Of a stretch of 64,000 bases of DNA, positions 26,492 through 40,152 are shown in pieces. Positions within the stretch are counted from its first letter, which is position 1. Each line of letters begins with the position of its first letter. The stretch covers positions 1 through 64,000 of the forward strand of contig JAQGDQ010000272.1 of assembly GCA_030141605.1 (NCBI GenBank), in the 5' to 3' direction. The notes under the pieces were generated by a model. The model did not search any database. It had not been told where the DNA came from and saw only the letters and a list, made by a program, of their open reading frames with translations. The position numbers and the translations under genes were made by a program. The DNA comes from Tubiluchus corallicola (lineage: Eukaryota; Animalia; Priapulida).

Positions 26492-26545
26492 GGTCACGTG
26501 ACCCGCGTCACTTTACTGTTACCATGGCAATTTGGCTTACCTGAC
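26492..26545. promoter_or_regulatory. Candidate promoter/enhancer: palindromic E-box GGTCACGTGACC plus X-box GTTACCATGGCAAT plus minus-strand donor CAG|GTAAG
   Basis: Motifs at 26492-26503, 26518-26531 and ~26540, in a locally GC-richer patch. Confidence 0.45.
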
Positions 26546-28163
26546 ATAGGGGAATAAACAACAGGTGAGGATTCATCAGTAATAAAAGTACAAGGACAGT
26601 CTACAGTCTGCTAATTCCCTTAGCGCTACCGCACTTATATAACCAACTTATATGAACGGGACTGTTTGAGTGAAAAAAAAGAAAAAAATAGTAGTACACA
26701 CACTGGTTGCAGAAACGAAAAATCGCCCGACCCGATATCTTGGAGATAAGTTGCATCTCCAAGATTATAGTCCTTGATACGCCACTTTATAAAAGACTGT
26801 TAATGAGCAGACAGTAATTGATGCTAGGATGAGAATTCAATGAACTACAGGTGATACTAAGCTAACCAGAATTTCTGACTTTCATTTCACTGAGTAGTCC
26901 TCGTGGCATCTTCATTATGACCAACGACGCTATTGCTATTATTATTCTTGAAATGGTCATCATCATCAACAGTAAAAACAACAATGACGTCGTTTTAGTC
27001 GGGCAACATTCATTTGGCTAGACGTAAATATTGATGAAAAATAATTTGAACACACAAAATGAATGAATATTAGTCTTTAAATACTTTTCTCATTTATGCA
27101 ATACCACTATAAAATATCTACAGATTAAAATTCATAGAAATGTCGTTTCAAAATCTAGTTTAATTGATGCTATTCTATATCATTTCACTTGCATTTGGCA
27201 TATAATAAATTGTAATCAATTTTGCCAAACAAAACATCTAATTTAAAAACAATCTGTGAAAATTTTTGGAAATAATAAGGGAAAAGGCATTTAGACAAGT
27301 GTACATGTGTAGCCGGTGGCATAATCGATAGAACTTCCAAGTTAATGTACAAGCATTAACAAATAGTTCCACAATATTATTCTATTTATCAGCATTACTG
27401 CTTGCCAAGGTAACAGAATAAATAGAAACACATACACAAAGACTATACTAACATCATGTGTTTGTAGTAAAAATTAATAATTAACGTTCCCGTCTACAAA
27501 TATTACAGATAATTTTTTCTTTTACTAATTATTATTTTTGGGAGCCTGCATTCTTATTCTTGTGCTTTAATTAATTTTCTAAAACTTAATTTGTTATTAT
27601 TTATGTTATCAGAAGCAGCAAGATTAAATATTCTAAAATTTATGTTGCACGAATTTACCAGCAAATTCAAAAGTTACATTATGTGCCATTCACGGTACAA
27701 TGCATGTTCTATAATTGCCTTCATAACACTAAGCCAAGAAAGTACAATAATTATTAGTCTTCCTGAGCTGAAAAGACCGTCGGTGCGGAAATCAATATCA
27801 ATGTCAGTGTCAACAACAACGTCATGGTCAACGTCAGTATCAACGTAAACATCATTATCAGTTTGCATAATGGATGTTCTTTTTATTAAAAAATGGCAGT
27901 TTTTATTTAAAAAAACGGACGATTGTGTAGACATTAGTTTAAAATAGTATGCTCTGAAATATTGAAAATTAATATCTAGAACAGCTTTTTTAAATCAAAG
28001 CTTAGATTAAATACTAATACCTCGGGTAGTTAAATTTTGTTAAACTTTCAAACCTACGCAAGGCACAGCGGATCCACTAAGACTGGCAATGGCGCCTTTT
28101 GTCATATTCGCGTGGCCTACATATAGGCGCGGTACCGTGATAAGCATGATCAGTGTTCGTCTG

Positions 28164-28181
28164 TGACGTCAGTGTGACGTA
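28164..28181. promoter_or_regulatory. Tandem CRE motifs (TGACGTCA, TGACGTA) in a CpG-rich patch
   Basis: Direct reading; function not shown. Confidence 0.3.
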
Positions 28182-28466
28182 GGCCTCATTTTCCGTGTCA
28201 TCACAACAGCGTCTTATAGCAATCTTCGCTTACGCAAACGTGCTTCGTGCGCAGAAGAGATGACTACCATTGCACAAACTGCGGTTAGTTTGTGATGCAA
28301 ACGATAGCTGTGTTTGGTAAATTTGGTTGCCGTTAATTAATTTTCCAAGGTTAACAATTGCGAATGTTTAAAGGCAGGAAAATGTATATTTTGACAGTAG
28401 ATTAAAATGAGATTGAGTCTAATCAATCGTCCGGTTTTCTTATATGCTGCTATACCGATTTTTCTC

Positions 28467-31400
28467 TTAAGAGCAACATTGACGATCAACAACATTGACG
28501 ATCAGTTTTCCTCTAGCACCACCCCCTGCCATAGTGTCGTCGTGTGCTTTGGCCACCTCTTTCATTGGGTACTGCTTGGCCACAAAAGGATGTAACCATT
28601 GTTTTGCTGTTTTCAGATCTTCTCTAAGCGGTTGCCACTCACCCTGTGAAATTGTAATAATCTTAATTAGTGCTAAACAACGGATGTAATAAGTGCGATA
28701 ACTGAAATAAAATAATTAGTTGCAACAACAGAAAATGCGTGAAATTAGGTTAATAATGATAATTATTATGCTGAGCTGTTAATACACGCTACGATTTTGG
28801 GTGTAAAACATGCAGTAGCTTCGCGGCAGCCGTACGGATTGTTGAACTACTATACTATACTATATCTTTTCTACCAAGTTTACGAATGGCTACAAACCTT
28901 TAATCCAACTGAGAGTGGACTGAGTGGTGCTACATTAGATTAGATTATAGGTGAAGGTAGATTAGATTGCTTTATTTTTAGCACAAGCCATATATTTATA
29001 TTTTGAAAAGGCTATAGAATAGCTGATACAGATTTATTTTGCGACTTTCAACATACTACAAAATTCGCAAACCTTTCCGTTTGCAGAACCTATGGCGAGT
29101 TAGGCTTACCAATTTTTCCAAATTTAAAAGAGTAAGACCGCGGATATTGTGCTCCATTTGAATGAAAGGATTAACTCTTAAAAAATCCATAGACTCGTAA
29201 GACTTCGAACCAATAATCTGAAACATAAACATAAATAGAGAGTTTTATCCCAAAAAATCATGCAGTAGAAGCATGCCAGTATGCAGAATTATGCTTGAAT
29301 AATGTCCCAAAGCGAACTTACACTTTTCGAAATCTGTATTATGACATAATGATGACTTAAACATACTCCCGTTTGCTTAATTGCAATTTTTCTGTCACAT
29401 AACTTGGTATGACTACACTAGTAGACCTCATATGGTGTTGGCATAGTTACAGCGTCAGATAATGCACAGTTTCTTTCGGGACACCTTGTATAATTTACCA
29501 CGATACATAATTTTCAGATACAAGGTTGATGTGCACGAGAAAAACAAAGACTTGTAAATGTTAGTTTTTATTCAATCCTTACTCTTCCTCACTAAATATG
29601 ACATACGCAGTAACCCTAACCCAGGACCTTCCCAACAGCACATAATTAAGTTGTAGAAGGCAACTATCATAATAATAACTGGACAGAAGAGCTTTTTGAG
29701 TGGCTGTTAGTAAATATTGGATCTTTGGTGTTCGACCCGGACATTTGATCACTGGGTCAGTTGCCGGTTTAAACACTAGATAGCTGGATAAATATTGGGC
29801 ATTTCATAAAGAGATTAAGGGGACACATACTCCGTGGATATTTCGCATCTTCATATTATTATTCACTGCACACTCTTCTAATTTTGCTCTCTTCTTCCAC
29901 ACGTCTTAGTTTTCGCTTTAAATAAATGTGATGCAATTGACAGCAAATGGCAAAATCTAGTGTAATGTGACTGCGTCATAATCATCATGTTTAAGGTAAA
30001 CATGATTTAATATCAGACAGTTCTTAAGAAAATGTGAAGACAATGTTAGTTTCGTACCACCATTGTTCCGTTCTTTTTCAAGACGTCTTGATTCTTGGGA
30101 CCATTAACTGAAAACGCCATTTCAATAATTGCATGAACACCCTGGTTACCAGTTATATTCTAAAAAAAGAAATAAACAAAATGATTAATAATATTATTAT
30201 TAGCTTTCAATGGGATTATAATATAATTGTAGTATTACTAGCTTTCATGTGTGATGTTTTTCTACTAGTGTTTAAAACCCCAAAGCTGCTAACGTATGGT
30301 AAAAACTATACATAGCATCTGATGACATATTACATGTCATATTACAGGATTAAATACATAGTTCGTTAGTAGGAATTTGAAGGCGATGTCCTATATCACT
30401 TCATAGTAAGCAGAGCTATGATCCCACGCACGTGAAACTTGCCCTATGTATTTACTGTCACATTTTTAACAATTACATTTAGTACCTATCTGCTATATTT
30501 ACATATTATATAACAAAGAAGATACCTACCATTATTTGTTCAACTTCGTTTTTGTCCCTGTGGTTGATCACGTGATCGGCTCCTGCTTCTCGTACTACCT
30601 CCATCCCTGCTGGAGTTCCAGCGGAACCAATGACTTTCATTCCTCTTAACTTAGCGACTTGTACTGCTAAATTTCCAACCTAAAACACGAAGTTTTCAGT
30701 AACAGAAATCTGTTACTGGATGAGTTGAAGTTAAAAAAATCAACGTAACGTTATTTGCAATACATTGTTCTACAATGTTTACGTTATTGTTCGTTTGCAG
30801 AGAACAAAATATGCGTTAAAAGAATAAATGAATGTTCTCGAAACTTGAATTTCTGAATATATTATATACTGTGATGACACATTACAAGTGACACAAGTGA
30901 ACGAGCATTAAGATATTGAGTCTTCCTCCAAATAGTACAGGAATGGACAATTAACGTTACATAATAATTATCTCATAATATAACGCATAAAGTTAAACAA
31001 AGTAAGTTTTGCTAGTGACTTAAAATCAGGATGAGTTCAAGTTGTTGTGAACTAATTATACATTTATAATAAGTATAGCTTCAATGCCTTTTAATTGGTA
31101 AATTTTATAATATTTTGATAATTTTTTTTAAGATTACTAAGTTAAGTACTAAGATTTTTCATTTCACGAGGAGATAATGAACACGTTTTAATAACATTAC
31201 ATTTGATGAGTGTTTCGTTATATTTGTTTTTGGACGAGGTAATACATACATACTTTTCAACTGAAAATCCTGTATACTGATCATATTGATTTGAAACTGG
31301 ACTAATGTCTACTTGAAAAGTCGGTGGAAGAAGTGAAATGTGATATATTTACATAAAGGAGGTCTACTATAAATAAATGAAATGGAGACAATAAATATCA

Positions 31401-34242
31401 TATATTACTTTCACTATAAGAGTTTTAGACGACAAGTAGATGATATTTGCAGTATGATCATATTTTACACAATATGTTAGTTTAAAAATTTTGTTTTTTT
31501 AAACAGACTACTTTTATATACACTAGGTTACTATAAACTTATTTAGATTATGTTATGATAATATTTATCATTTTCATCAAAGTACTTACAGCACCGCTGG
31601 CACCATGCACCAAAACTGTGTCACCAGGTTTGACATTAGCACTGAAAGAAAAATCCTTACATCATATTGCTTTCTTTTCACTAATAAGTGTCAGATGAAT
31701 TTTAGTGATTTCGTTGTCTTTCTTGTTAAGAAAGCCGGTCAGTTAGGAGTAACCACGTGACGATAAGGAAAAGTCCTTTTTCGACATAACACCGTTTAAT
31801 AGTACTAAATAGTTAGCCAGTTCACATACCAAATTAATACTTCTACAAAGTTTGCTTGCCGTCTACTGTAATGATAAAATGGTCGATTTTACGTAACAGA
31901 CCGAAAACATTTTTGTGGCTGCGTTCTTTTTGGTCAAGTTAAATTAATACATGTGTTGTGTACTAATGCTTAATAGTGCAGTCGTTAAATGTTAAATCTC
32001 TTTGCAAAATCAATGAAAAGTAATCGTTATTCTATGAAGCAGTTTATTAACATTCCATAGTAACATATCGAACAGACAGTTAATGCTACTTACTGTGCAA
32101 AGAGGAATCCCACGACGGAATTGGACATTGATGTAGCGTCCGTCATGGCTAAAAGAAATAATAATACCTACCACCGCCAGGGAGGGATTATGACCTTTTT
32201 GTGCACTAGACTAACGAAATTATGGGGGGGGGCTCAGATGGATCCGCCCGCACCCGTCTTGAATTTTTTTATTCATGATACATATTAGTGACATTTACAC
32301 AGCTTGAAGTAAACTTACTGCAAATTCTTTAAATGAACTAGAATAGTTATCTTTTGTTTGTCAATAAAAATATTCTTCAAGAAATCCATTAATTTACTAC
32401 AAGATTATTAGGTCCTCCAAGTTAGGCATTGGGCGGCAGCGTATCCATAGAATAACCAGCCCTGATCAATACATTGTCCAGCACCCCCCCCCCCCCATAA
32501 TTCACCAACATTCTGTTCACGATTACCTTATAAGGCCTCTATAAGCTGTCAAAAGAGGGCAGCACAGTGCAGCTCCCTGTTGAAACGATAAGTGGTCTGG
32601 CAACAGAAAAGTTTTATCAGGATAAACAACGCAATATTCAGCGCATGAACCCGTAGCAGGAAATGTCCAAAAAACTCGATCTCCTTTCTGTAAAAATTAT
32701 GAAGAACACACACGTGAATCTGTGAAATAATGTTATACATGTATGCATTATGTAAGTTCATACATTAACAGAAAAAAATTAATGAATATATTGAATGACT
32801 CTGACATATGGAAATTATTTTGCTTCTCTTCATTGTTAAATCATGTTTTAATTTACATTTTTTTTTAATTTTGCTCTTACATACATAATAGCAACGCTCA
32901 CGTTTTATGTCTGTATGAACTTATTGCATGAATGTATTGAAAAATAAAGCAAATTCATACCATGTACTGAAAAAATACTAAAAGTAAGTCACGTAAATGT
33001 TTATTAAAGAGTTTATATTAGTATGCTGCCCTTGATTAATGAGCCGGAAAAAAATCACTGAATAAAAACTGTGACGTTTCTCATGTTGCCGTGACGTGTC
33101 TTCAAATACTGATTGATTGACTGATCATAATTTTATTTCAGACAAGAAAGTCCATATAAAAATATAATACTTAAAATCCGTGAAATTAAAACAGCCTTAA
33201 CTAAAATCTAATAACTAAAAATAAAGATTAAATTAATGGCACACAAACACATACGTATAAGCCCACGATTATAGGATTATGGTTACAATTACTTAATATT
33301 TACATTAATAAAGAATTAACGAACATATTAATTAAAATTCATAAGTTCAAGTAATAAAATCGTTCGGTCTAAGGAACAGAATTGACCTCCATTTCGTACG
33401 CAGAGTAAAATGAATGTACATATCACATTCTAAAAGAGATTTGATACAAAAACAAATTGCAACTATTAGAACTGGATCAGTCATTCTATTAAATCAGTCA
33501 GACTTTTTATTTCTCCAAAAAAGACACTGATTTTACACAAATTTCAGATGATATTAATAATCAACTTAACTTAAATCCGGTTACGTTTTTTCCAACTATC
33601 TCGATAACTCCTGAACCATCAATACCTTCAATGTAGGGAATAGTGTGGCAGTGCAGGAAGTCTGGCGCAGGGAACATTCCCATTCTAAACAGTACGTCTA
33701 CAGGATTTGGTCCATATGAATGCACTTTCACTAACATCTGAAACAAGGTATACATTAAAGCAATGGTACAGCTAAGCTTGATGTTTATTAATGGCTTGTG
33801 TCACACTCATGCAAGCCCGCATAACTTACACACATTTACGCTTACAAGCGCACAATTTATAATCTATTTATTTATTAACACATTTATAAACGTATAATTT
33901 ATACGTACACACATATGCTTGCCTACTCACGCAGCCTTTTAGTCATACATGTACGGACGCACTATACGCACGCACGTACACATCGAAAATTCAACTTTTT
34001 GCTTGTATTATGCATTTTGTGTGTTTGGTGTAGACTGCACGCAGCTACAGTGCATTATTTAGAACACAAACGTAGGTGCAAAAGCGAGTGCATGTGTGCG
34101 TTTGTGTGAACATGTTTGTGGGTGCGTGGAAAGAAAACTTTACCTGATTATCAGATGGTGTTGGTACTGAGACTTGCTGAAGTTTCAATACATCACTTCC
34201 TCCGTACTCGCTTATTACAACGGCATTCATAGTTTGTGTCAT
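28467..34242 (-). pseudogene. CRYZ: Zeta-crystallin / NADPH:quinone oxidoreductase (MDR family) gene, probably decaying. Exons: 34242-34144, 33737-33570, 32687-32527, 31641-31590, 30679-30530, 30159-30058, 29904-29807 (frameshifted), 28643-28467
   Basis: Translated exons include MNAVVISEYGGSDVLKLQQVSVPTPSDNQ, VKVHSYGPNPVD, KGDRVF..CAEY, PLLTAYRGL, VKPGDTVLVHGASGA|VGNLAVQVAK, GVHAIIEMA, YPMKEVAKAH..GARGKLIV. Exon boundaries match human CRYZ as I recall them. The exon-2 donor is TT; exon 7 has a 2-bp insertion and no GT donor. Confidence 0.88.
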
Positions 34243-35459
34243 TATTGCTAATACCACTCCTTAATTATTCTACCAGATTCACTAAATTCGCTGAAGTATA
34301 ATACTAGACTCACAGCCCTTAGAAATATTAAGAGAGTAAAGTGCAACCTGCATGACAATGCGTGACTCAGCAGAATTTGCTAGAACTTGGATACAACAAA
34401 CTGACCGCTTCATTAGTTTCGCTAGTTGGTTCCATCGCTGCCCTACGCGAGTGTTGCATTCAATATTATTCTGTTCAGCATCAAAAGCATTTAGTAAATA
34501 GTGTAATTTATAATATTCACCGTGTTTTTGTATGCCTTTTCTTGGTTCACGTACATTGTTTGTTGACTAACAATGTTTTGTAGTAATAACTGTCGTACCA
34601 ATTGTTGTCTGTTCCATTAATCATGACATGAAAACCCAACGTGAATTGTGAAATTATACTATTGTATTGCTAGGTTAGTTGTGAAGCTATGTTAACGTGT
34701 ATTGTCCTCTAGGCTCCCATTCCGTTATAGTGTGTAAGATTTGACATTTGTTATGAAATTCGCTAGTTTTTACAGCCATTCCAATTTCTCAATTTTTTTG
34801 TTTTCACTTTCTAAAGTGCCTTAAGACAAAGTAATACCAAAATGATCATGAAAGTATGACGAATAAAAGCTTTGGTTTCTGTTTTTATTATATAAATTTG
34901 TTATAGTTATGTATTTTCATTATAATTCCAGAAGTAAGAAAACCATTTATTATAAAAAATAAGTAGCACTATTAGTTCTTGCATACTTTAAAACATCGTT
35001 GTTAATACCTTGACTGTTCAAATGGGTCATCTGTCTAAATTTCCATGGCATCGACCAACAGGTACCACAAGGCATTTGACAATGATGATGAATTATAAAA
35101 AATAAAACAATAATTTTTATGTTAATTTGCAGGCTGTAATTCTCAACTCACTTGCTGAGAACTTGTACAGATTTGAAATTTCAGTTCACTATAACAAAGA
35201 AAGTACGTATTTTTTCACGTAGTTGTTAACACAAGAGCATTTACTGGTTTCTAGCAAAATTGTTAACAATCGCAAGAGACTTACCCGAATAAAAAGTCTT
35301 TGCTGAAAACCAGTCACATGGTTAGCGGTAAAATGACAATTCAACCTTGAAATCTTGATGGGGTCTAGAAGATGTTTTTTCAAGTTTTGGTTGCATTGTC
35401 TTGAATGTTTGCCTGCGCGTGCAAGCTTAGATACCTACGCACCTTTAATTTACACCTAC

Positions 35460-35558
35460 CTGATTATCAGAGGGTATTGGTATCGACACCTGTTGAAGTG
35501 TCAGGACATCACTTTCTCCGTATTCGCTTATTACAACGGCATCCATGGTTTATGTCAT
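35460..35558 (-). pseudogene. CRYZ: Duplicated CRYZ first exon (with duplicated upstream region to ~35760)
   Basis: MT*TMDAVVISEYGESDVLTLQQVSIPIPSDNQ|gtaggt, a paralog of 34242-34144. The second ATG (35546) and the donor are intact. Confidence 0.85.
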
Positions 35559-37412
35559 TATTGCTGACACCATAGCTTAGGTGCACTACTAGATTTATGT
35601 TTAAGATTCACTAGCTTTTTCTGGGATTTGTTAGACTTATCAGTTAAGTATATTAAAATTGCAAAGCCTGTAATGGGCGGCAACTCATGCCTCAGCAGAA
35701 TTTAACACAGTTTACGCAAAGTGACTGCCTCTCTTGCTTCAGTTACGCTGGCTCCAACGTAGCAGGCTATGCCGCCTATCTGAGATCTTTTTACCTATGA
35801 TAATATCTACGATTGTATCTAGAAACCGCGTCATCATTATTGTGCATCACAATTAAGAAAAATTGTATTGCGTAACAATAATTGTATTTTTTAGAATTTA
35901 GAAATTTTAAATTCGGAATTTATTGGATAATCATTTGTGGAATTTTTTACGAATAAACTTAAGAGTATTGTTTGTGCATGTATTGTTGGGTTTATACCAA
36001 ACACTACGATCTTAATGTTGTTTCTATGTTTCGTAACGAGATATATACTACCTTGTACTTACGTAATTGTTTTTGGTATTTTGAAAGTAATGTCCGTGTG
36101 CGCTTGTAAATATGTTTCACCCAATAAATTGTAAAATATAAATGATAACAATCATAAGACCATGTTTAAACCTGTTGCTGTGTATTTTAGTAATAAAGTG
36201 AAAAGTACTAAACACCTATTTAGAGATAATATATTTATTTTTTGAAAATAACCTTAAAATTTGTGGTTATTGTCGACCAATGCTAATTTATCATTATGCA
36301 TTTTTATCAGGCTTATGATTTTGGTTGCCGTGGATCTTTTTTCATAACATTAGATGGGAGCACCTTTCAGGTTTGATCGTTTGAATGATCACAGTTTGGG
36401 TCGCACGATCATGATCAAGATTGCCTATCTCGCTACCTACTGACATAATTCTAACTATGGCGTCGAAGTGCTATAAAATGAACAGCAAAGAGAAAAAAGA
36501 AAAAGTGGTTGAGATGGACAGTGAAAATTAAGATGGCGATGACGATAGTACGATGATACAACTTTTTGGCTTAGACTCTTGAATGATTTTTTAGCCATCG
36601 ATTTTCAAATGGGCATTACTTTTACTCGCTTGGCTCTTAAGGGAAAAATTTCTAATCTGAGGAAGGTATTGCAGTCGAGGGAGAAACTGAAGAGGAATTT
36701 TGGACAGTGGCAGAACTAAAAGATAACATATAAGTGATGTGGAGATGCAACATTCAATGACAAGATAAAATACTATCTAAATTTACATTACGTTATGAAT
36801 ATGCTTGTATTATTATATTTACAAGTTAGGTTGCGAGCAAGGCTGGTTGCAGGACAGGAAGACATTGGTTTTTAGACAGTACAAAAATACAAAAGCAGTG
36901 CAAATTAGGATAGAGGTGATTGATAAAACACTGTTCTTGAAGGAAGGCAGAGTGGCTTTGGTTTATGTCTAGTTGCATAAACTTTTTTCTTGCTGTACCC
37001 TCTTAAAAATGGAAACAGCTAAATCTACGAAATCGGAGTCGGACAAGAAACCTTGTGATGATTAGAAACCTTCAGAAAGTCTCTCACAGCTCGTAGTAAT
37101 GCTAAACAAGTTAAAGCAGATTCACAAAGAAACGACTAGCAACTGTTTTTTATTCATGCCCGAGCTTGGCGAGATTGGAAAAAAAATTGAAGAGAGAAAT
37201 TACCTTCATAGTGTATAGTGAACTATATAGTTAATTCTTATTAAACGTACAATGACGACCCCACAAACATGTTGTAGTTTACCACCCGCTTGACAAAAAT
37301 GAAATGACATACAGTAGTTTACCATATTTTACAAAAACTTCATACCAACTCGGTTAGTTGTTGTAGTTTAGGATCAAAGGTGAGAACTTTGAGGGTCACG
37401 TTGTGAAGTGCA

Positions 37413-37745
37413 TTGTTATTCGACACCTTCAACCACTATTTATTGCTTAAGAGTTTGAAATTAGTAGGGTTTGATAAAAAAAACCCTCTAAAATTAACAC
37501 AATACAGGACATTTACAAGAAGACAACAAAGACTTACATTCGACAACCAAACCTTGTGGGACTGGAAAACTACCAAAAGGCTTTCCACAAGGAACCCTAT
37601 TAAAGACGCTATTGTTTTTTTGTACGTAAACGATAAAATAAATCCTGCACTAAGCAAAAATAGTACAGTTTGCATATGATAGCACAATTTACATGCACAA
37701 CAAAGACATTGATTTATGTAGACACAATTTGGATCAAGATAAAGC
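37413..37745 (+). mobile_element. Decayed LINE reverse transcriptase fragment, same type as the 58.6-59.8 kb element
   Basis: FDTFNHYLLLKSLKLVG...RQQR...GFPQGTLL..LLF.YVND...IVQFAYDSTIY, read across frameshifts. Confidence 0.75.
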
Positions 37746-40152
37746 AAATATTAATGTAGCAATTGTCTTCTGAGCAAAAAATAAATAACGAAAAATTAAA
37801 ATACATGTAACTTTCGTTTAAAGATTAAAATAACATCTAGTATATCTTTTCTTCGAGAGCAAGCTGGTAAACCAAAACCCATATGTGTAAAAATATTTGC
37901 AGTGCCTTACTACGCTTACGGATGAGGTCAATTATTAGAATATTTCGAGAGAAAACTTCAATATACTGAACACTCTTCAAAATCCCGCTGTCATACTTAT
38001 TTCTAGATCACTCTTTTTACTTGACACAGATTAGCGTCCCATGTTTATACTAACAGTAAACTCTCATTTCTTCCAAATCTTTTACTAAGCATAGCAAATC
38101 ATGACAATAAAGCATGCAAATCATGACAATAAATACGATTATACAAACAATCTGTTTATGGAATTGTCATTGTAAGTAAAAGTGTATTGATTAAACACAC
38201 ACCCACGCAAGCACACACAAACATACACACATAAACATGAAGTATATACTTGAATCGATATAATTTTTATAGTGATATACGTTTCCACTAACGAATCTTG
38301 AAAATGTGTCACTATAAAAATATAGTGAAGTTTCGAATATAGGCTGACAACTGGAATGTTTGTTTTCCAAACAATGTAGAGCTGAGTAAATAGAAAAGTA
38401 TGCACGAAATGTCGAATTTACTAATCAATTTATTATTTAAGACATTGAACTGCTTTTTAATGTAGCTTTGATTTTAGAAGTTTGTGACATGACGGTATGT
38501 TTAATGAAACATAATAATTATCCAAGTAAGACTGTAAATTCAGCTTGAAAAGTGTTTTATCTGTTACGTTGTTTTAAAGAGGTAGTTTCGAAGGAAGTAA
38601 TTATTTTTTGATAAACTGTCCAGGCAATACAAAATTGACATTGACCGTTTAAGGTGAAGTCAATGTTGTGTATTTTTCTTTGGGGAAGTATTAATAGAAT
38701 GGACTGCAATTATCTGTGAACACAGCCTGAATATCCAGTGTAATGGCAGTGTTCCTGACATTTGTATGAATAGTAAGAATTGCTTAGAAACGTTTAATCG
38801 GGAGAAAATAATACACATCCACGTTAAAGTGAAATCAAAAAGTTCGATATTGCTAAATCCTCTAGCTTGCCATCATTAGAGCCATCATTCTAGTAAGAAA
38901 TATGTCGTAATATCTAAGTCAAGAAACCTGTTTTCAAAAAGAAAAGCAACTGTCCTGAGCTTTTTCTGCAAACCTGTAATTTATGCCTATGACACACCCA
39001 ATTCGTCCCGTGTCCGGGATCCGCGTCCACTCTCTCACTCGTGGAGGCGAGAAAAAGAACATGAATTTTATCAATGAGTGATGAAACCAAAGATTGTGGA
39101 AGGGAACGCTGGACGCTCCACACCTGTAACACTATAGTAAGTAATATTATGTAAGTTAAGTGTAACTTTCATAAAAGGTATACTAGTAAATCTTGCCCTT
39201 TATTTCACGGCCACAAATGCCCAAGAATGACTGTTGCCAGATAGCACCACTACGGCAGTGTTTGTCATTTTTCTGCCTGTAACTATTTTTACGTTCTTGC
39301 TTTCAGAAATATAGTTATAGCTGCGAGGTCAAATGAACTTACTGGCTTCTCTTTTGTTGGCGTGTGTCATACGGTTTTGGTTTGATCCATGTCTGTCCAT
39401 ATCCGTCTCATCTTCTGCAACAACCAGCAGTCCAGTTGACAATGGTTAGTTTTACTTAGTGGTGAATAATTCACGGCAGCAAAGAAAAACTTATTATACA
39501 ATGAAGAAGTTTTAAAATGTCTAACAACTTCAAAGCTAGCCAGTTCCACTGGATGACAAACTAAAGGCACATCGGTTTGTTGGATCTCGTTGGTCTGTCA
39601 TAAGAAATGTAGGTAGGAGGTTACAATCTAAAAATACTCTAATCTTGACCCTAGCCCTAACCCTAACCCGTATTCCGCTTCATGAATTTATTTCTTGTGT
39701 GTGGGGAATTGTAAACTTTAACCGTATTTTACGGTCATAATTATAAAGTTAAATTTAGGTTAAAATTAAAGTTAACGTTAATTGATTGAGTTGAGCCAAG
39801 GCTGGCAATGATCAGAATCAAGGCTGGAAAATTCGTCAGTTTGAATAGACTACGACGCACAAGTCAGAGTGCAATTTCTCTACAAGAATCTGTATAAGTG
39901 CAATGTCTGGATTCAGTCACAATATTATAATCTGTGAGACTGTGAGGCAGGTCTTGACCTAATCATGGCGGTCTAAATATTTTTTTATGTTTGCTTATTT
40001 AATGTTCTTGGCCATTCTCAATTTAACATTGCCTTGAATCAGAGGCTGTAAAAATTATGATAGACCTTCTTTTTTTCCTTACTTGGATGCGGTGCTTGTT
40101 TTGAAATCATCAGTCACTTTCTGCTTTTCTGAGATACACTGACACAACAATG

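Noticed and set aside
29579-29776. ORF as candidate CRYZ exon 7
   Set aside because: The 29904-29807 segment aligns better in length and conserved residues.
28467-34242. Functional 'eye' linkage between zeta-crystallin and the CNG channel
   Set aside because: CRYZ is a general oxidoreductase recruited to lenses only in some vertebrates; adjacency alone is not evidence, and this copy is damaged.
36458-36760. Acidic MASK..EMDSE.. stretch resembling a piggyBac N-terminus
   Set aside because: Multiple stops, no catalytic region or TIR identified.
39646-39669. TAACCC telomere-like repeats (also 29611)
   Set aside because: Only 2-4 units; common in repeats and not an interstitial telomere.
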